From Octopus bimaculoides (lineage: Eukaryota): a stretch of DNA of 63,672 bases. The stretch is taken from assembly GCF_001194135.2 (NCBI RefSeq), contig NC_068982.1:37879979-37943650 (forward strand). The letters run 5' to 3'. A model generated the notes under the pieces. That model was given only the letters and a program-made list of their open reading frames with translations, searched no databases and was not told the DNA's origin. The position numbers were made by a program, and so were the translations under genes. Shown here in pieces: positions 24,851-38,908 of this stretch; within the stretch, counting starts at the first letter, position 1; each line of letters opens with the position of its first letter.

Positions 24851-27279
24851 TATCTGTACCTTTGTGGAACATATTAGAAAAAAAAAGAAGCAATATTTTA
24901 TTAACATTAATTTTCTTTGATGAGATACAATGTGTCATACTGGTACAGCAGAAAAGATGGATTACTGCATTATCAGTATAAGGGATTTTATATGGTTTTG
25001 TATTTAATCTAGATAATTGACTTGGTTCACCAATAGCTTGCCTTTCATTTCATAGTACTCTCCATTTTTAGATTTACAGGATCATTGAATGTATAAGTGA
25101 AATAAAATGACTTCAACTAGTCATAAAACTCTTGGAGAGTTTACTATGTTCTTGCATCACTTGAACCATTATTGCATAGTAATATATGTTATAGATGATC
25201 TTTAGAGCAAAATCCTTATAGCTAGCAATCTTTGAAATATTTTTTTTTTTACAATGTTTATTGATAAGTGTTTACAGTTTTCCTTCTAAATACAGTGAAT
25301 ATTTTTGCTACATTTGAAATTTTTAAGTTCAAAGGGATCTGAAGGAAATATTTTCCTACATTCTCAGGAAAAAATAAAATAAATTATACCTCAGCCCATC
25401 ATTAATGACCAATATACATTGGTCTGTATAAACTGTCATAGTTTGACCATATGAATGTTACATAGAAACCCAAAGATGTACTATATTCATCTGAAAACTA
25501 AGGACATAAAATATCCTTCTTTATTTGTGCTACCATTTATAATATATTTGCAAACTCAGATAAGCCAGTTTAGAGGTATTTCAAATGTTTTATTAGAATC
25601 ATTCCATTACATTTTTCCCACATCCAGACAACCTTGGATCAAGTTCTAGTAGATTTCCAATAGAAAAAAATGGTTATTGCTTACATAACTGTTTTCTTTG
25701 TTGTAGTATCAAAGTGATCCTATCTAATATATTTTTTTTTTATGTAGTACACTCTTTGTAAAGACTACTTGAATTAAATCTCTGAATGGATGTATGTGGA
25801 ACAATGTGAAAAATCATTATTGTTAAGAACCTAGTGAACCACATTATATTAAAGTACAGTTAGTTGTGAGCTGGCAATAGAGAATAGTGAGATATCCAGT
25901 TATAAGAACATTTCTTCTAATTAAGCATGTTCTGAAGCATATTGGTCAAACTTACAGTGGTGCTACCACATACAGTCAAGTAAGTATGCTTGATCTTTGA
26001 CAATATGTATAATCCTCATAGAATGTTTGATTTGTTTAAAATTCAAACAAGCCAACTTGAATTATATTTACAGAGAATATATCAATGTCTCCACTTCTCA
26101 TTTCATATATAGGATGCAATCGCCAAGATGTTAGCATGTAAGTTTGTGCTATGAATATTCAGCACATGTGTTATAAAATTCATATTATACTTGTGATAGT
26201 AAGTATAGTATTTTATTAGTCTCAGTAATAAAGTTAACTAGCATCTAAACATGGGTCAGTTTGGTTAAATAAACCTGTTTGTTATGCTGAACTTTAAAAT
26301 GAAAGACAGCTCTGAAATATTGGAAAATGAAAATACTCCCAAATTCATTAAGTCATTGGGGGATATACTACTAATGACTTCATAGTAATGTCTATTAATT
26401 GTCATGTATATTTATTGTCATGAGTATTCATTATCATGTGTATCAAGACTTCATTGCCATTTACATCAATATTAATAAAGTTCATCCCTCTTTGAGCTAT
26501 TAATTGCAAGTAAACATAATGTCATAGAGCATATATAAAGTGTAGTAATTTCAACTATGGATCAAAATTAGATGCAGGCTTGGTTTCCTTGAGATCTTGA
26601 TATTTCCCATTCACAACAAGAAAACTGGTAAAAAAAAAAAGTGAGCTTACATGATCTATCTATCTCTCTCTCCCTCATTTGAAAATTTTTCTTATTTCAT
26701 CCCAAATCAAAATAGTGCTCATTCTACTGTTGTCTCTGCTCGATAGCACTTCAGTAAATTTATGTTATATCTTCTATTGTGAAACTGGACATCTTTAATT
26801 CTACATCCTCAGAGTATACAAGCCATTGTACGAATTATTTTAAGGTTACTACCTATTGGAATAATACTAATGTTAATATCTTTGTATTACATTAAATATA
26901 TTTTCTGTGTATCTGCATACTATCTTTCAATTACAAATTTACATATTTGAAAAATTTGAGAATTTTTTCATTAGTAACTTTTTTTTTAGAGAAAGCCTTT
27001 AAATTAAAAAAAAATTTAAGGGAACAACATTTCAGGTGTGTAACAGGTGTTTTCTTTGGAAGTGGAAACTACAACATTCTAACCAATTGTCTTGATGTTG
27101 TAGAAATTAAAATTATTTTTTTTTTTCTAATTTCTTGTATTCTAAAAAATATGAATTGTATTTATTGTGTATTAGATCTCTGGTGTGAGATCTTTATTTT
27201 TGTATATTCTACTTTGCAGTATTTGTGTTATCACTACCTATGATTTCAATTGTTTCCTAATGTTTTGTTTCTTTTATAG

Positions 27280-27396
27280 GGATCGGCAGAGTCAACATGC
27301 AGCCAGCCATCAACTGACCTGTCTCTGGATGAAGAAAGGGAAGCTTTACGAAGAGAAACGGAGCACCAAGCACTTACTCAGTTAGAACAAGCTCGA
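27280..27396 (+). CDS. CACNB: CaV-beta exon, pre-SH3 helix: GSAESTCSQPSTDLSLDEEREALRRETEHQALTQLEQAR
   Basis: cttttatag|GGA ... CGA|gtaagt, 117 nt, phase 0/0. Matches the conserved CaV-beta GSA(D/E)S..S.PS.D.SL(D/E)E.RE..R.E.E.QA..QLE.A(K/R) exon. Confidence 0.93.
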
Positions 27397-30300
27397 GTAA
27401 GTAAAAATATCAGTCATTTATTTATTATTTCAATTTTTAAAATGAATTTTGTTGTGTGGGAAGTCTTTAAAACCTATGTTGATGATCCATATAGCTTGTA
27501 TACTGATTAGGTTAGGATAAAAAAACCAAAAATGATGAGGGTGAGTGTTACCAATTTCAAACAGCAAAGTTTATTATGGATATATCTTATGATTAACCAT
27601 AGTTTTATAGCCAAGAATTTAGATCACAGCAGTATTCTCTTTTACTAGTTGATATCAATCAGATAAGAGAATAAAGGAAACTATTGACTAAATTGTTGTG
27701 TTGTTCATTTTAATTAAAATTTTCAGATCTTTATGTGACTTATTCTTTGTATTAAAACAATGGAGTAACTTCAAAGATTAACCACTAGCATTAATTGCTG
27801 CCTCACATTTCAGGTTTGGGTATCTTAGTAAGCATTTTCATGCTCTTTTCAAGCTGTTTTTACCATTAAGTTTCCTTCATATTGGACTCCACTTATCATA
27901 ATCGACAATGGTATTACTTTCTGAATTCATATCTTATTGAGATCAGCATTGCTTTTCATGAAATTAATTATCAGTCTCATTGTCTCATAGTGAGGATAGA
28001 GATTGTAATTGACTAACCCCATCCCCTTAATATTGCTGGCCGTGTACCTAAACTAGAAACAGTATTTAATAATAGCATGATTAATTTTCAGTTTTTCTTT
28101 TTTGTTATTGGTTATATTGTCTCAAGTTTTGTATTTGTAGTTGTTTTCCATTTTGTAGTGATCAGGATATATAAGAGCCACATTGAGCAACACATGTAGT
28201 TATGTAGAAGCTTCATTGCTAGTTCTTAATTTATCTCCTTTAACATCTTCCAGACATTGTCACACAACATGAGTCAATAGAGCAAACTCAACATAGTCCC
28301 TTGGCCTGCTACAAATAGAAGTTATATTCTAACAAATAATCTTTATCATCTTTAAAAAAAAAAAAAAGAAATGAAACAAGGGCAATGTAGTCTCTGATAT
28401 ACAAAAAGACATGATAATCACAGCTGAAATGTATTTCATTAAGTGAGTTTACTTAATTAGGAAAACCTGGGGCTAAACAGCAAGAAATGTACCAAACAAC
28501 AGCAAATTTGAATCTTAGTTCTACAAAAATAGATTAACATTATCTCCAGATTTACTAAGATCCTACTTAACTAGGAATGGTAGAGAATATCACATTTTTA
28601 CCTTACATTACACTTGACAAAACCAACTTCCTCCAAAAAAGAAAACAAAAAAACCCACAAAAATCTCCAAATATCTTGCATATATAAGAAAGGCTTAATT
28701 TGTCATCCCATTAACATCACCATCTGAGCCATATATGCTTTCAGCAGACTCCAGAGTGTTGCAAGGATTCAGATCAGGTGTGTGTTTGGGGGATAACTTT
28801 CTCCTCCATGTCTTGGGGACTCTGTAAAAGGTCCCATTTCCTTTGGCTAAGCCATAAAGAAAACAACATAAAAAATCTCCAGTTGCTGTAATTACAGCAA
28901 TCTTCATTCAAAATATAACATAAAATAGACATAAAAATAAAGCAAACATGATTGAATATACTAGGATTGCAAAATTTGGTCAAGAGAAGTGAATTTTACT
29001 ATTAGTTCATATTAGAACCCTTCAATTGATAAAAAGAACTGCCTATGCAAATTATCATTTCTTTCAAACTCAAGTTTGTTCATTTAATTTTTATCTATTA
29101 GTCATTGCAGAATGTCATTAAATTCCCTTCTATTCTTATTACATATTATTCTTCACACACTTTCTAATGTTAGTCTTTTGAATGGACTAATGTTTAAGCA
29201 ATGAAAATAAGAAGTTCTGATGTTCATAACTTTTCTTCTTTTTTTTAAGTGTATTTAAGCAGAAAAGGATTCTTTCAGAAAAGACAGGAGCTATAGATAA
29301 TTTAAATCTTGCTAATCCCCCTAACTTAGTTTCCTTTGAAATATTATAGGTGACTGCTACTGAATTCTACCTTGACATTTCTTCGAAACTGATGCCAAAC
29401 CAATAAAGCACTATAAATCTATAAGTTGTTACTCTATTAAGTGCATCATTATACTGTTCCCCATGGAAGATTTCTTCTCAAAGGAAGTCTACCAACTTAT
29501 GTAGGGAGCAAATCTGTTAGAAAATGTAGTCTTAGAAATATAGAGAGTCATTATATTTCTCCTCAACTTATGGTTATGTTATTATCTCAGTCTGATATGA
29601 GTGCAAGGAAATGGAGAAATTAATTTTTTTGTGGTTGATTGAATTGAGAAAACTTAACAGACAGCCTGATGACAGGTCAGTGAATTATATTGTGTCATTG
29701 GCACAACATTGACTTCATGGCCAAGTCACATAAATCTTAAATGAGTTGGTCTAATTGTAAGTAAGGTGACCCAGAGTGGTGGCAGTTTTTCATTCTGAGC
29801 AGCAATAACGTCGCAAGTGTGAAGAGCTTTTGGTTCAGTTCCTAGAAGATTGGAATAGAATGTCCTGTAGCTCCTAGAGAAAGTTTGCCTCTTAGGGATG
29901 GGAAACACACACACACACATACACACACACACACATACACACACACACATACACACACACACACATGGGATGGTTAGGCTAACTTATCGCAGATATGTTA
30001 TTTGAAGAGAAAATCTTCAATGATTATCCTCTGACCAAATGGGACACAGGATCATACATATAAGTACGTATATGTATGCATGTGTGTGAGCATGTGGGTT
30101 ACTAAAAGTACGATATAGTAATTTAGTTGAAGCATTGTCAGATAGATGTGTGAAAAATTATAATGAAGAATAAGTTGAAAAGAGTATTTGAATATTCTTT
30201 CTTTAAAACTCCCTAAATAAGAAATGGAAAACTGAAATATAATGCTGACTATAAACAATGTCATGATCATTATGACATATACAATATAACGAGGAAATTA

Positions 30301-30583
30301 ATTTGATATGGCAGTGAAACTAGATGACATCCAAGAACTTCTGGCATCCAAGAAGCTCTTCATAAATTGTTGATTTCTGGTTTAAATACCTACCAATCAC
30401 TATGAGAGAAACTATAACTTCTGTATTCTTGTAAATATCTTCATATCAGTTAAAAGCGAAGACTTTCATGTATACATACTTAGCATTGCTTATGTTTAAT
30501 AAACAGATGGTTCTGCCTGTGTAAAACTTTTTATATTTCATGTTTATGATAGTGTAAATTATGTAACTTCTGATGCACTTGTA

Positions 30584-30635
<52 letters not shown>

Positions 30636-30636
<1 letters not shown>

Positions 30637-30925
30637 ATTGATTTGACTCAGGTTTGATCTTATTCCTAGTATGATTTATGTGGTTAGTGGGTTACTATCT
30701 GTAACCTTGGGTATCCACAATCTTTCAATAGTCTTTCAAGTGCTTAAAACCCCACTGATAATCTTTCCTGTCCCTAAGAGGCAAACTTTCTCTAGGAGCT
30801 CGACAGAGCATTCTATTCCAATCTTCTTAACCATTTGTCTATACCTTTGCTTACAGTTTCCAATGCACCAATTATTATAGGCAGTTTTCATTATTATAGA
30901 CAGTTTTCATACTCTATTTTCTTGC
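30636..30925 (-). mobile_element. 3' end of an R4/Dong-like element between TTA-rich tracts
   Basis: Minus strand reads PIIIGALETVSKGIDKWL and, after a frameshift, ELLEKVCLLGTGKII. (TTA)n at 30588-30635 and (CAT)n(TAT)n at about 30926-31030. Confidence 0.75.
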
Positions 30926-30975
<50 letters not shown>

Positions 30976-30983
30976 CTATATTA

Positions 30984-31029
<46 letters not shown>

Positions 31030-31517
31030 GTTGTTGTTGTTGTTGCTTTGCTTTGCTTTGTTATTCTATTGTCTTGAGGTAGAGTACAGTGCCTTAGCTA
31101 TGGTAGGTTCTTGAATACTGTTGACATTGATGTGGTTGATGTTTAGTATGAACATCTGTAGGTTAATGTCTACTGGGAAAATATGAGCAAGGATGAAATT
31201 CTAAGGGGGAATGATTGGAAAATAGGGCTAACATGGAACTTGTTGGTGTGAGAAAGACACTAGGGATGATTAAAAATGAAGAGGTGGGTGCATGAGGTGC
31301 TGCTTCCGAAAAGCCCAAATTGTAGTAGATATAGAGAGAAAGAGAGGGAAAGATAGAGAGAGAGAGAAAAGGAGAGTGAGAGAGAGAAAAAAAAGAATGT
31401 GTGTGTGAGTGAGTGAGAGGTGATACACTAAGTTGGTGGATTATTGGTTGTAGTGTGTTTTTGAGTAAAGGTTTACCTTTTCAGCAGGTGACCTTTAATT
31501 CATTAACTGTTGTGTGA

Positions 31518-31780
31518 AGGTGTGTGGCTTAGTGGTTAGGGTATTGAGCTCATGAACATCAGGTCATGATTTCAATTCCCAGCAGCACATTGTGTCCTTG
31601 AGCAAAACATTTTATTTCACATTGCTCCAGTCCACTCAGCGGGTAAAAATGAGTAGTACCAGTATATCAAAGGGCTAGCCTTTTCACATTCTGTGTCATG
31701 CTGGACATCCTTGAGAACTATATTAAGGGTACTTGTGTCTGTAGAGTGCTCAACCACTTGCACATTAATTTTAGGAGCAA
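31518..31780 (+). mobile_element. tRNA-derived SINE, family C
   Basis: GTGTGGCTTAGTGGTTAGGGTATT...TTCAATTCCC head, shared with 14037 and 61444, followed by TTGTGTCCTTGAGCAAAACA. Confidence 0.7.
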
Positions 31781-32522
31781 GCTTTTAATTTCAAGAGCAT
31801 TGATCGGATCAATGCGCATTAATTTCAGGAGCATTGATTGGATCAACTGGAATATTTGTTGTTACAACCAACAGAGCGTCAGTTTTATTGACTATTCATG
31901 TCTGCAATGCAGTTGGGATTGCATGTCTGATTTTTACATATGTAACTTTTTTTTTTATTTTTTTTTTTAAGGAAATTCTCAAATATGCAAGTTGTATGTT
32001 GAGCCGTTTTATCTTTGTTGTGAATCTAATTGTATGTGTAGAATATTCAATTAAGTATAGGACCTTAGATTAGAAAGTGTTGCTTCTGAAATCATCTTTT
32101 AATTCCTTTCTTTTTTGGTGGGGCTGGGTTGGATCTTATTCCAATAAAAACTCAAGATTTTTTTATTTTTAGTCTTTGGACATTATTGGTTCAATAACAA
32201 CAGTAACAATGATAATCATTTCTAACATAAGCACAAGGCCAGAAATTTGATGAGAAGGACTAGTCAATTAAATCGACCTCAGTACTTAACTAGTACTTTA
32301 TTTTATCAACACCAGAAGGATTTGAACTTAGAACATACTGGGCAGTATGCAACATGAGGATCAGTGGTGTGAAGTGTTTCAGATTGTAAGGGTGTGTACC
32401 AGAGAGAATCAAGTTGTCATAGAGAGAAATGTATGCAGAATGATAACAGCACGCTTGCTCCTACTAGCACTGAAAAGACAGGGGTATAGAATTATAAGCT
32501 GTTGAATAAGGAGAATGCATAG

Positions 32523-32586
<64 letters not shown>

Positions 32587-32869
32587 CTACTCTGAGTCAA
32601 TGAAAAAGAGGGACTAAACATAGAAATTGACTGCAGTGTTACTGCAAGGGTGGTTAAGGATATGAAGGCAGGAAAGGAAGCTAGACCATCAGTGATTGTT
32701 GTTGCAATACTTGAAATATCTGGTGGAGTAGGTCATGTGCTAGCTTGTCACTCATAAAGTCAATCAGGTTGTACATAATAAATAAGGCATCATAATAAAT
32801 GACTAATCATCATCAATTTTGCTACATATACTTGAGAAAGAGACAAATACATATATATATATATATATA

Positions 32870-32901
<32 letters not shown>

Positions 32902-33329
32902 NNNNNNNNNNNNNNNNNNNNNNNNNNNNNNNNNNNNNNNNNNNNNNNNNNNNNNNNNNNNNNNNNNNNNNNNNNNNNNNNNNNNNNNNNNNNNNNNNNN
33001 NNNNNNNNNNNNNNNNNNNNNNNNNNNNNNNNNNNNNNNNNNNNNNNNNNNNNNNNNNNNNNNNNNNNNNNNNNNNNNNNNNNNNNNNNNNNNNNNNNNN
33101 NNNNNNNNNNNNNNNNNNNNNNNNNNNNNNNNNNNNNNNNNNNNNNNNNNNNNNNNNNNNNNNNNNNNNNNNNNNNNNNNNNNNNNNNNNNNNNNNNNNN
33201 NNNNNNNNNNNNNNNNNNNNNNNNNNNNNNNNNNNNNNNNNNNNNNNNNNNNNNNNNNNNNNNNNNNNNNNNNNNNNNNNNNNNNNNNNNNNNNNNNNNN
33301 NNNNNNNNNNNNNNNNNNNNNNNTGTATG

Positions 33330-33360
<31 letters not shown>

Positions 33361-33637
33361 ATATATATATATATATATAGTTTTTAAGTCTACTTTTTCC
33401 ATGCTAGCTTGGGTTGAATCTTAGGGTAATATTTTATTGCCAGATGCCCTTCCTGATACCAACCCTTAATTTTAAGTAAGATACTTTATTTCACTGGTCT
33501 TTATGCACCAAATTATTGAACTGCAGGACATATTACTTAACTGGGCAATAAACAAACATCACTACTGGTTGAGTGTTGTGAATATGGAAAAATGTAAAGA
33601 CAATCACACACTTGCATGTACATACTCACACACGTAG

Positions 33638-33670
<33 letters not shown>

Positions 33671-33856
33671 TATTTGACAGGCTTTGGTATAGTTTCTGTC
33701 TACCAAATTTCACTCACAAAGTATTGATCAACCTAAGGCACTTGGACACACTTACTTCAGGTACTGTGCCATAGAATCAAACCAGAAACCTCGTAGCTGT
33801 GAAGTGAACTTATTAAATTAACTACATTTCTAAACTTTGTGCATACACACACACAC

Positions 33857-33887
<31 letters not shown>

Positions 33888-33896
33888 TATGTATAC

Positions 33897-34480
33897 TAGG
33901 TATTATGAGAAAGTTTCCAGAATGCACAAATTGAGACTATGCTGTTTACTGGAAATAGTTTCATAACAGTTGGTAGTCAGCCAACTGAGTCAATCTACAA
34001 ATAGGTTTCATGCTGTCTACTCATGTTCAAATACTATGTGAAGTTTTGTAGTATTACCTTCAGAACAGCTCTGCAATTTTTAATGTAAGCTAGCAAAGTC
34101 AAACAAGGTGCTCGCATGAAATTTTGTAAAGAAGCTCAGCAAATCTGCTACCAAGAACCTCAAAATACTTCATCAAGCTTCTAGCATACATACTTTAGAT
34201 TGAACACAAGTATTTGAATGACACACACATTCCAAGGCTGGTTGAATGTTCTTTTAAGATGATGAATATTCAGGATAACCAATCACAAGTTAATCACCAG
34301 AAAATGAAGAAAAATTTAACTAATCTATGAGGGAATGTCATTAAACAATCTGTCAGAGCCTTCACATGATTGGAATCAGTTATGAAGTCTGCTAGGGGAT
34401 TTTCATAGAAATGCTGCAAAGTTTGTTAACCAATTCTTACCACTCAATAAAAAGTGGCAGCAACTTGTATTTTCGAAAAG
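33897..34480 (+). pseudogene. decayed mariner-type transposase N-terminus
   Basis: 34100-34290 gives MKFCK/KLSKSAT...VFE*HTHSKAG*MFF*DDEYSG*PITS, resembling the mariner HTH region IKFC.KLGKSATE...VFEWH.RFK.GR.S..DD.RSGRPSTS. Multiple stops. Confidence 0.6.
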
Positions 34481-34579
34481 GAAATTGAATCTTTAGGGAA
34501 TCTACTTCAGGATGGTTGAGGAAATTCATATGGAACTGCAGACAGTATTGGTTGGCTTTCAGGAAAAGAACTTCCCGGT

Positions 34580-34850
34580 GCTTTTGAGTGCCATGTAAAA
34601 AGCACTGGTATGGGTGCTGGTGCCACAGAAAAAGCACTGGTGCTGGTGTCACATAAAAGGCACTGATGATGGTGCCATGTAAAAAGCACCCAATACACTC
34701 TGTAAAGTGGTTGGTGTTAGGAAGGGTATCCAGTCATAGAAACCAAGCCAAAACAGACTATGGAACCTGGTCCAGTCCCCTGGCCTTGCCATCCAATCTA
34801 TGCTAGCGTGAAAAACAGACATTAAATGTTGATGAAGATTATGATGAAGA
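34580..34850 (+). mobile_element. RTE-LINE-type 3' end with four TGCCAYGTAAAAAGCAC-like units
   Basis: Units at 34589, 34621, 34647 and 34673, then GTGGTTGGTGTTAGGAAGGGTATCCAG and a GAT-rich tail as at 49190-49349. Confidence 0.7.
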
Positions 34851-36008
34851 GGGACTGTAATCATTGTGTATGTCCCCAATAGATTATGTTGAAAGGAAGG
34901 TAGCCTGAATGTAAATAATGTATGAAATGCAATATTTATTGGAGTATTAGTGTACCTCTTTTAAGCATGCTTCATGAACTTTCTGATACCACACACACAT
35001 ACACACATATATCCATGCCTGCACATACACTCACATATTATACATATACATAAACAAATAAATAAAATAACATAAGAGGATTTATATAATCACATTCATT
35101 TGCTTACAAATGTTTTCACTGTAGGGAACTGTGCATCCAGAAGTGAGCGACAGTGTGATGTAGCTTTGTCAGAGCCTGTCTTAAGCCATTCCTTTATTAA
35201 TTAATATTATGCCCTGTACTTAGCTTTACTTATCTTCTGGTTCATATAGGAGTCTGGAGGTGAGGACATCAGTGAATTCACACAACCTTGTTATTAGATC
35301 TTAAAAATACAATACTTTATAAGTGTATTGAATTTTCACTACTGGTTCTGTTGTGGCTATGCAGAAGTATAATATGAATATAGCTGTGTGATTAAGAAGC
35401 TAACTTTGCACACATGTGATTTTAGGTGTCTTCTACAGCTGCAGGCTGACCAATGCCTTGTGAGTGAATTTGATTGGTGGAAACTGTGTAGAAACCCATC
35501 GGTTATATGTCTATGTGTCTGTGTCTCTGCCCCCTCTCCAATGCTTGACAAATGTTGGTTTGTTTACGACCCTTAACTTAGCAGTTTTGCAAAAGTGATT
35601 GATAGAATAGGTTCCAAACTTTAGAAAAATGAGTACTAGGATCAATTTGTTTGACTAAACCTTTCAAGGTGGTGCTCCAACATGGCTACAGTCTAATGAC
35701 TGAAACAAAAGTTAAATGATATTTATATATATTATACAATATATTGATGACATGTTGTTTTACAGCTGGATGTTATTCACTTCACTAGCCCTTTTATCTG
35801 TTATTCAAGTTAGGGATCTTTTATTTCACTTGTCTTCAAATGTGTAAAGCTCTCAAATGAGTTGTTGGCCAGGAAATGACAACAATATCAATGCTTATTA
35901 CCAAGCAGTTTTTGGGAGATGCACAAATGCAAACAAATGAATAGACACAAACATGCATATATACACACACACATATACATAAACGTACATGTGCATAAAA
36001 AAAAGTAA

Positions 36009-36300
36009 AGGCCCTCTTTGGTCATGAATGACTATAGGATGCATTTAGAAAGTTCCCCTCTAAGGCACAAGTCTGGGCAAGGTTGTTTATGGAAGACTAG
36101 CAATCATGCATACATACTAGCCTCCCCTCTCCAAACCACCGATGTTGTCCAAGAGAAAGGCTTGGCACCAGTGACATTGCAATTCATTTTTACAGCTGAG
36201 TGAACTGGAGCAACATGAAATAAAGTGTCCTGGTTCAGGAATCGAACTCACTACCTCATGATTGTGAGCCCGAAGCTCTAACCACTGAGCCAAATACCTT
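36009..36300 (-). mobile_element. SINE, family C variant; inverted relative of 53191
   Basis: AGGCACAAGTCTGGGCAAGGTTGTTTATGG is the reverse complement of CCACAAACAACCTTGCCCAGATTTGTGCCT at about 53426. Confidence 0.7.
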
Positions 36301-38694
36301 CACATATGCATATATATTATATACGCTTTCACACGTGCATATATATCATTATAATCTTTATCATTGTTTTAATGTTCACTTTTTCATGCTTACATGAGTC
36401 AGATGGAATTGTTGAGGCAGATGTTTTACTGTTGGAGGTATTTACTCTTGCCAGCCCTTCCCTGTTTCCAAGCAAGGAAATATTTCCCCCCTGTTAAACA
36501 TGTTCCATGGGATATTGGAAACAAAGGGCACTACTTGCATGATGGTGATGGTTGTTTACAACTATTGCATGATGTTATGACAAAAACAAAAGCACCCAAT
36601 ACATTCTGTAAAGTGGACTTAGGAAGAATATCCAACAGTAGAAATCATGCCAAAACAGACAATGAAGTTTGATGCAGTCCTCTGACTTGTTCAACCCTGT
36701 TGAACCATCCAACACATGCCAGCATGGAGGGTAGACATCAAATGATGATGAGGATACAGATATATATTTGCAAAATTAATGTGCAGATATGCAGATAATC
36801 GTAACACAATCACAAGGAAAGTTTTAGTTTTATCAGGGAACTTTTTTCACTTAGTATCTTCAATAGGGTGAGAATGAGATAAGGGAAAAGTGGGCTTTCA
36901 TTTAGTGGTGGTTTTTATATTTACGCATGGACTATTTATATATTATAGTCTCATGAATGATTTGGCTGATTGAGAAATCCAATATATCCTATTCTGTTCT
37001 TTAAAATTAGAATTCACTTTTAAGTGAATAATTTCAACTGCAGCTTTCAGAATGCAGAAAGGATATATAATTATTAAAATGTTTGGCTTGTTTAATGTTT
37101 AGCTTCCACATTGTGGTGATAGCCTAACTCTGAAGTTTGAGGGTTGTGACTGTTCATTTTGTAGAGCATTTCAGTTGCAGTAACATTTCTTCTGAGGTGT
37201 GAACAGTTCATTAATTTAAAAAAATTTTTTTACTGTTTAGCTTCTTTTTACCAGTTTCAGCTTCATTTGTTGTAATGGACCTGAATGCTTTCGTTTGAAA
37301 TATGTCAAAGTGATGTTATTATTTAAAGTATATTAACTAGGAAAAAAACTGATATTCTGCATGATACTTAGCATTTGAGCTTTGTAAAGAATGGTTCCTT
37401 CATTTGTATTCAATTTGTTTACTCTAAGCCATTGTGCTTGTAGATGATAGCGGTAATGATAACTTCATACTGCCTTTCTTTCAATGATAATTGATAAAAT
37501 TTTCAATTTGTTTTCATTAACTTCCTATAGAAATCTAAGGTTTATTAGCAGATATAATTCAATTTTTGGGTTTTATCAAGATTTAACGAATAAGGCTTAA
37601 TGCTTCAAATATGGTCTAATTAAAATAGCCTCTAAGTGTTAATACAAAGAATTTCTTTAATACAAAGAAAAACTTTAAATTATCTTTAATAGCCTACTTG
37701 TTGTTACTTCTAACCTCACACACACTAATATATAGATGATTCCAGGTTTCATTCTTCTTTAGCCTTCTGTGTACAGCATCATCCAGTTGCAACCTTGGCT
37801 CTTCATACCAGACTCATTCCAGACTGGCAAGGGACCAGATATCTCAATTGCAGTATGGAAAGTGGGAGAGCTTACAGCCTATGTGATACACAAAGGCATC
37901 GTTTTGCTTAATGAGGGTTATCTTTTGGAAATTGCAATGATAGATAAACACTTCTCAGTTGGTGATGCTGGATAATTTACTCCTGTTGTTATAGACTATG
38001 TTCTTTACTGGTTTGGCTTCAACACATCTGTGAGGAAAGCTCTTGGTAGTTTTGATTTTTTGGCTGTGTGCAGTGTGTGTGTAATAGGAGTAAGTGTATG
38101 CTTTTCTACCTGTTTGTGTGTATGAGTATACCTGTGTAATGATTTTGAGGGAACTTTTGATGCTTACAGATCACTTTGAAATGTTCTTTTCTATTTGTAG
38201 TTTTATTGCTCAATGTTTATCAGACAACAGCTTATTAGGAAGTGTTTTTGTAAAACTTGCTTTTTGTTGAAAACATTGGGGCTAGCGTTTTATTCTAATC
38301 TGGTAAATTATGGATTAGTTGCATCTGATTAATATTCATAAGGGTTTACAAACTAGTCATCCACAATACTACTAGTCTGACTTGACACTCTTTTGTTTAA
38401 TGCTATAAAATATTAAATAAGTGTGTGATGGTATATTGTGTACCAAAAAACATTATATATTTGCATGAAAATATGTATGTGTGTAAATGTATTTGTATTA
38501 TTGCATTTTATTGATTTCCATTATGTATTAAACATTTTTATGATTATGTACTAAAATATATACTAAATTATAAATTAAAAGGTAGATGTGCATTATATGC
38601 TAGATCTAACAAAAGTATACTAGGAATTTTGCCTCTAGGCCAGTGAGGAAACCTCTGTTGGCCATTTGATTTGCTAGTAATATGAACTAAATCT

Positions 38695-38908
38695 AAGGTG
38701 GTGAGCTGGCAGAAACATTAGCACGCCAGGCAAAATGCTTAGCAGTATTTCGTCTGTCTTTACGTTCTGAGTTCAAATTCTGCTGAGGTCGACTTTGCCT
38801 TTCATCCTTTCGGGATTGATAAATTAAGTACTAGTTGCATACTGGGGTCAATCTAATCGACTAGCCCCTTCCCCCAAAATTTCAAGCCTTGTGCCTAGAG
38901 TAGAAAAA
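38695..38908 (+). mobile_element. SINE family A
   Basis: Well-preserved complete copy. Confidence 0.85.

Noticed and set aside
25925-25979. Phase-0 open segment ending CAA|gtaagt (HVLKHIGQTYSGATTYSQ)
   Set aside because: Weak acceptor, no start codon and no homology.
31787-31850. Small palindrome plus duplication at a SINE 3' end
   Set aside because: Consistent with a trivial local template switch.
34589-34689. Repeat-spacer pattern as a CRISPR array
   Set aside because: Eukaryotic context, degenerate 17-nt units, short related spacers, no cas genes, and it lies within a LINE-type 3' end.
37740-38088. GC-richer island with a 68-aa ORF and a downstream gtaagt
   Set aside because: No recognisable homology or frame-compatible exon. 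More likely a decayed repeat.
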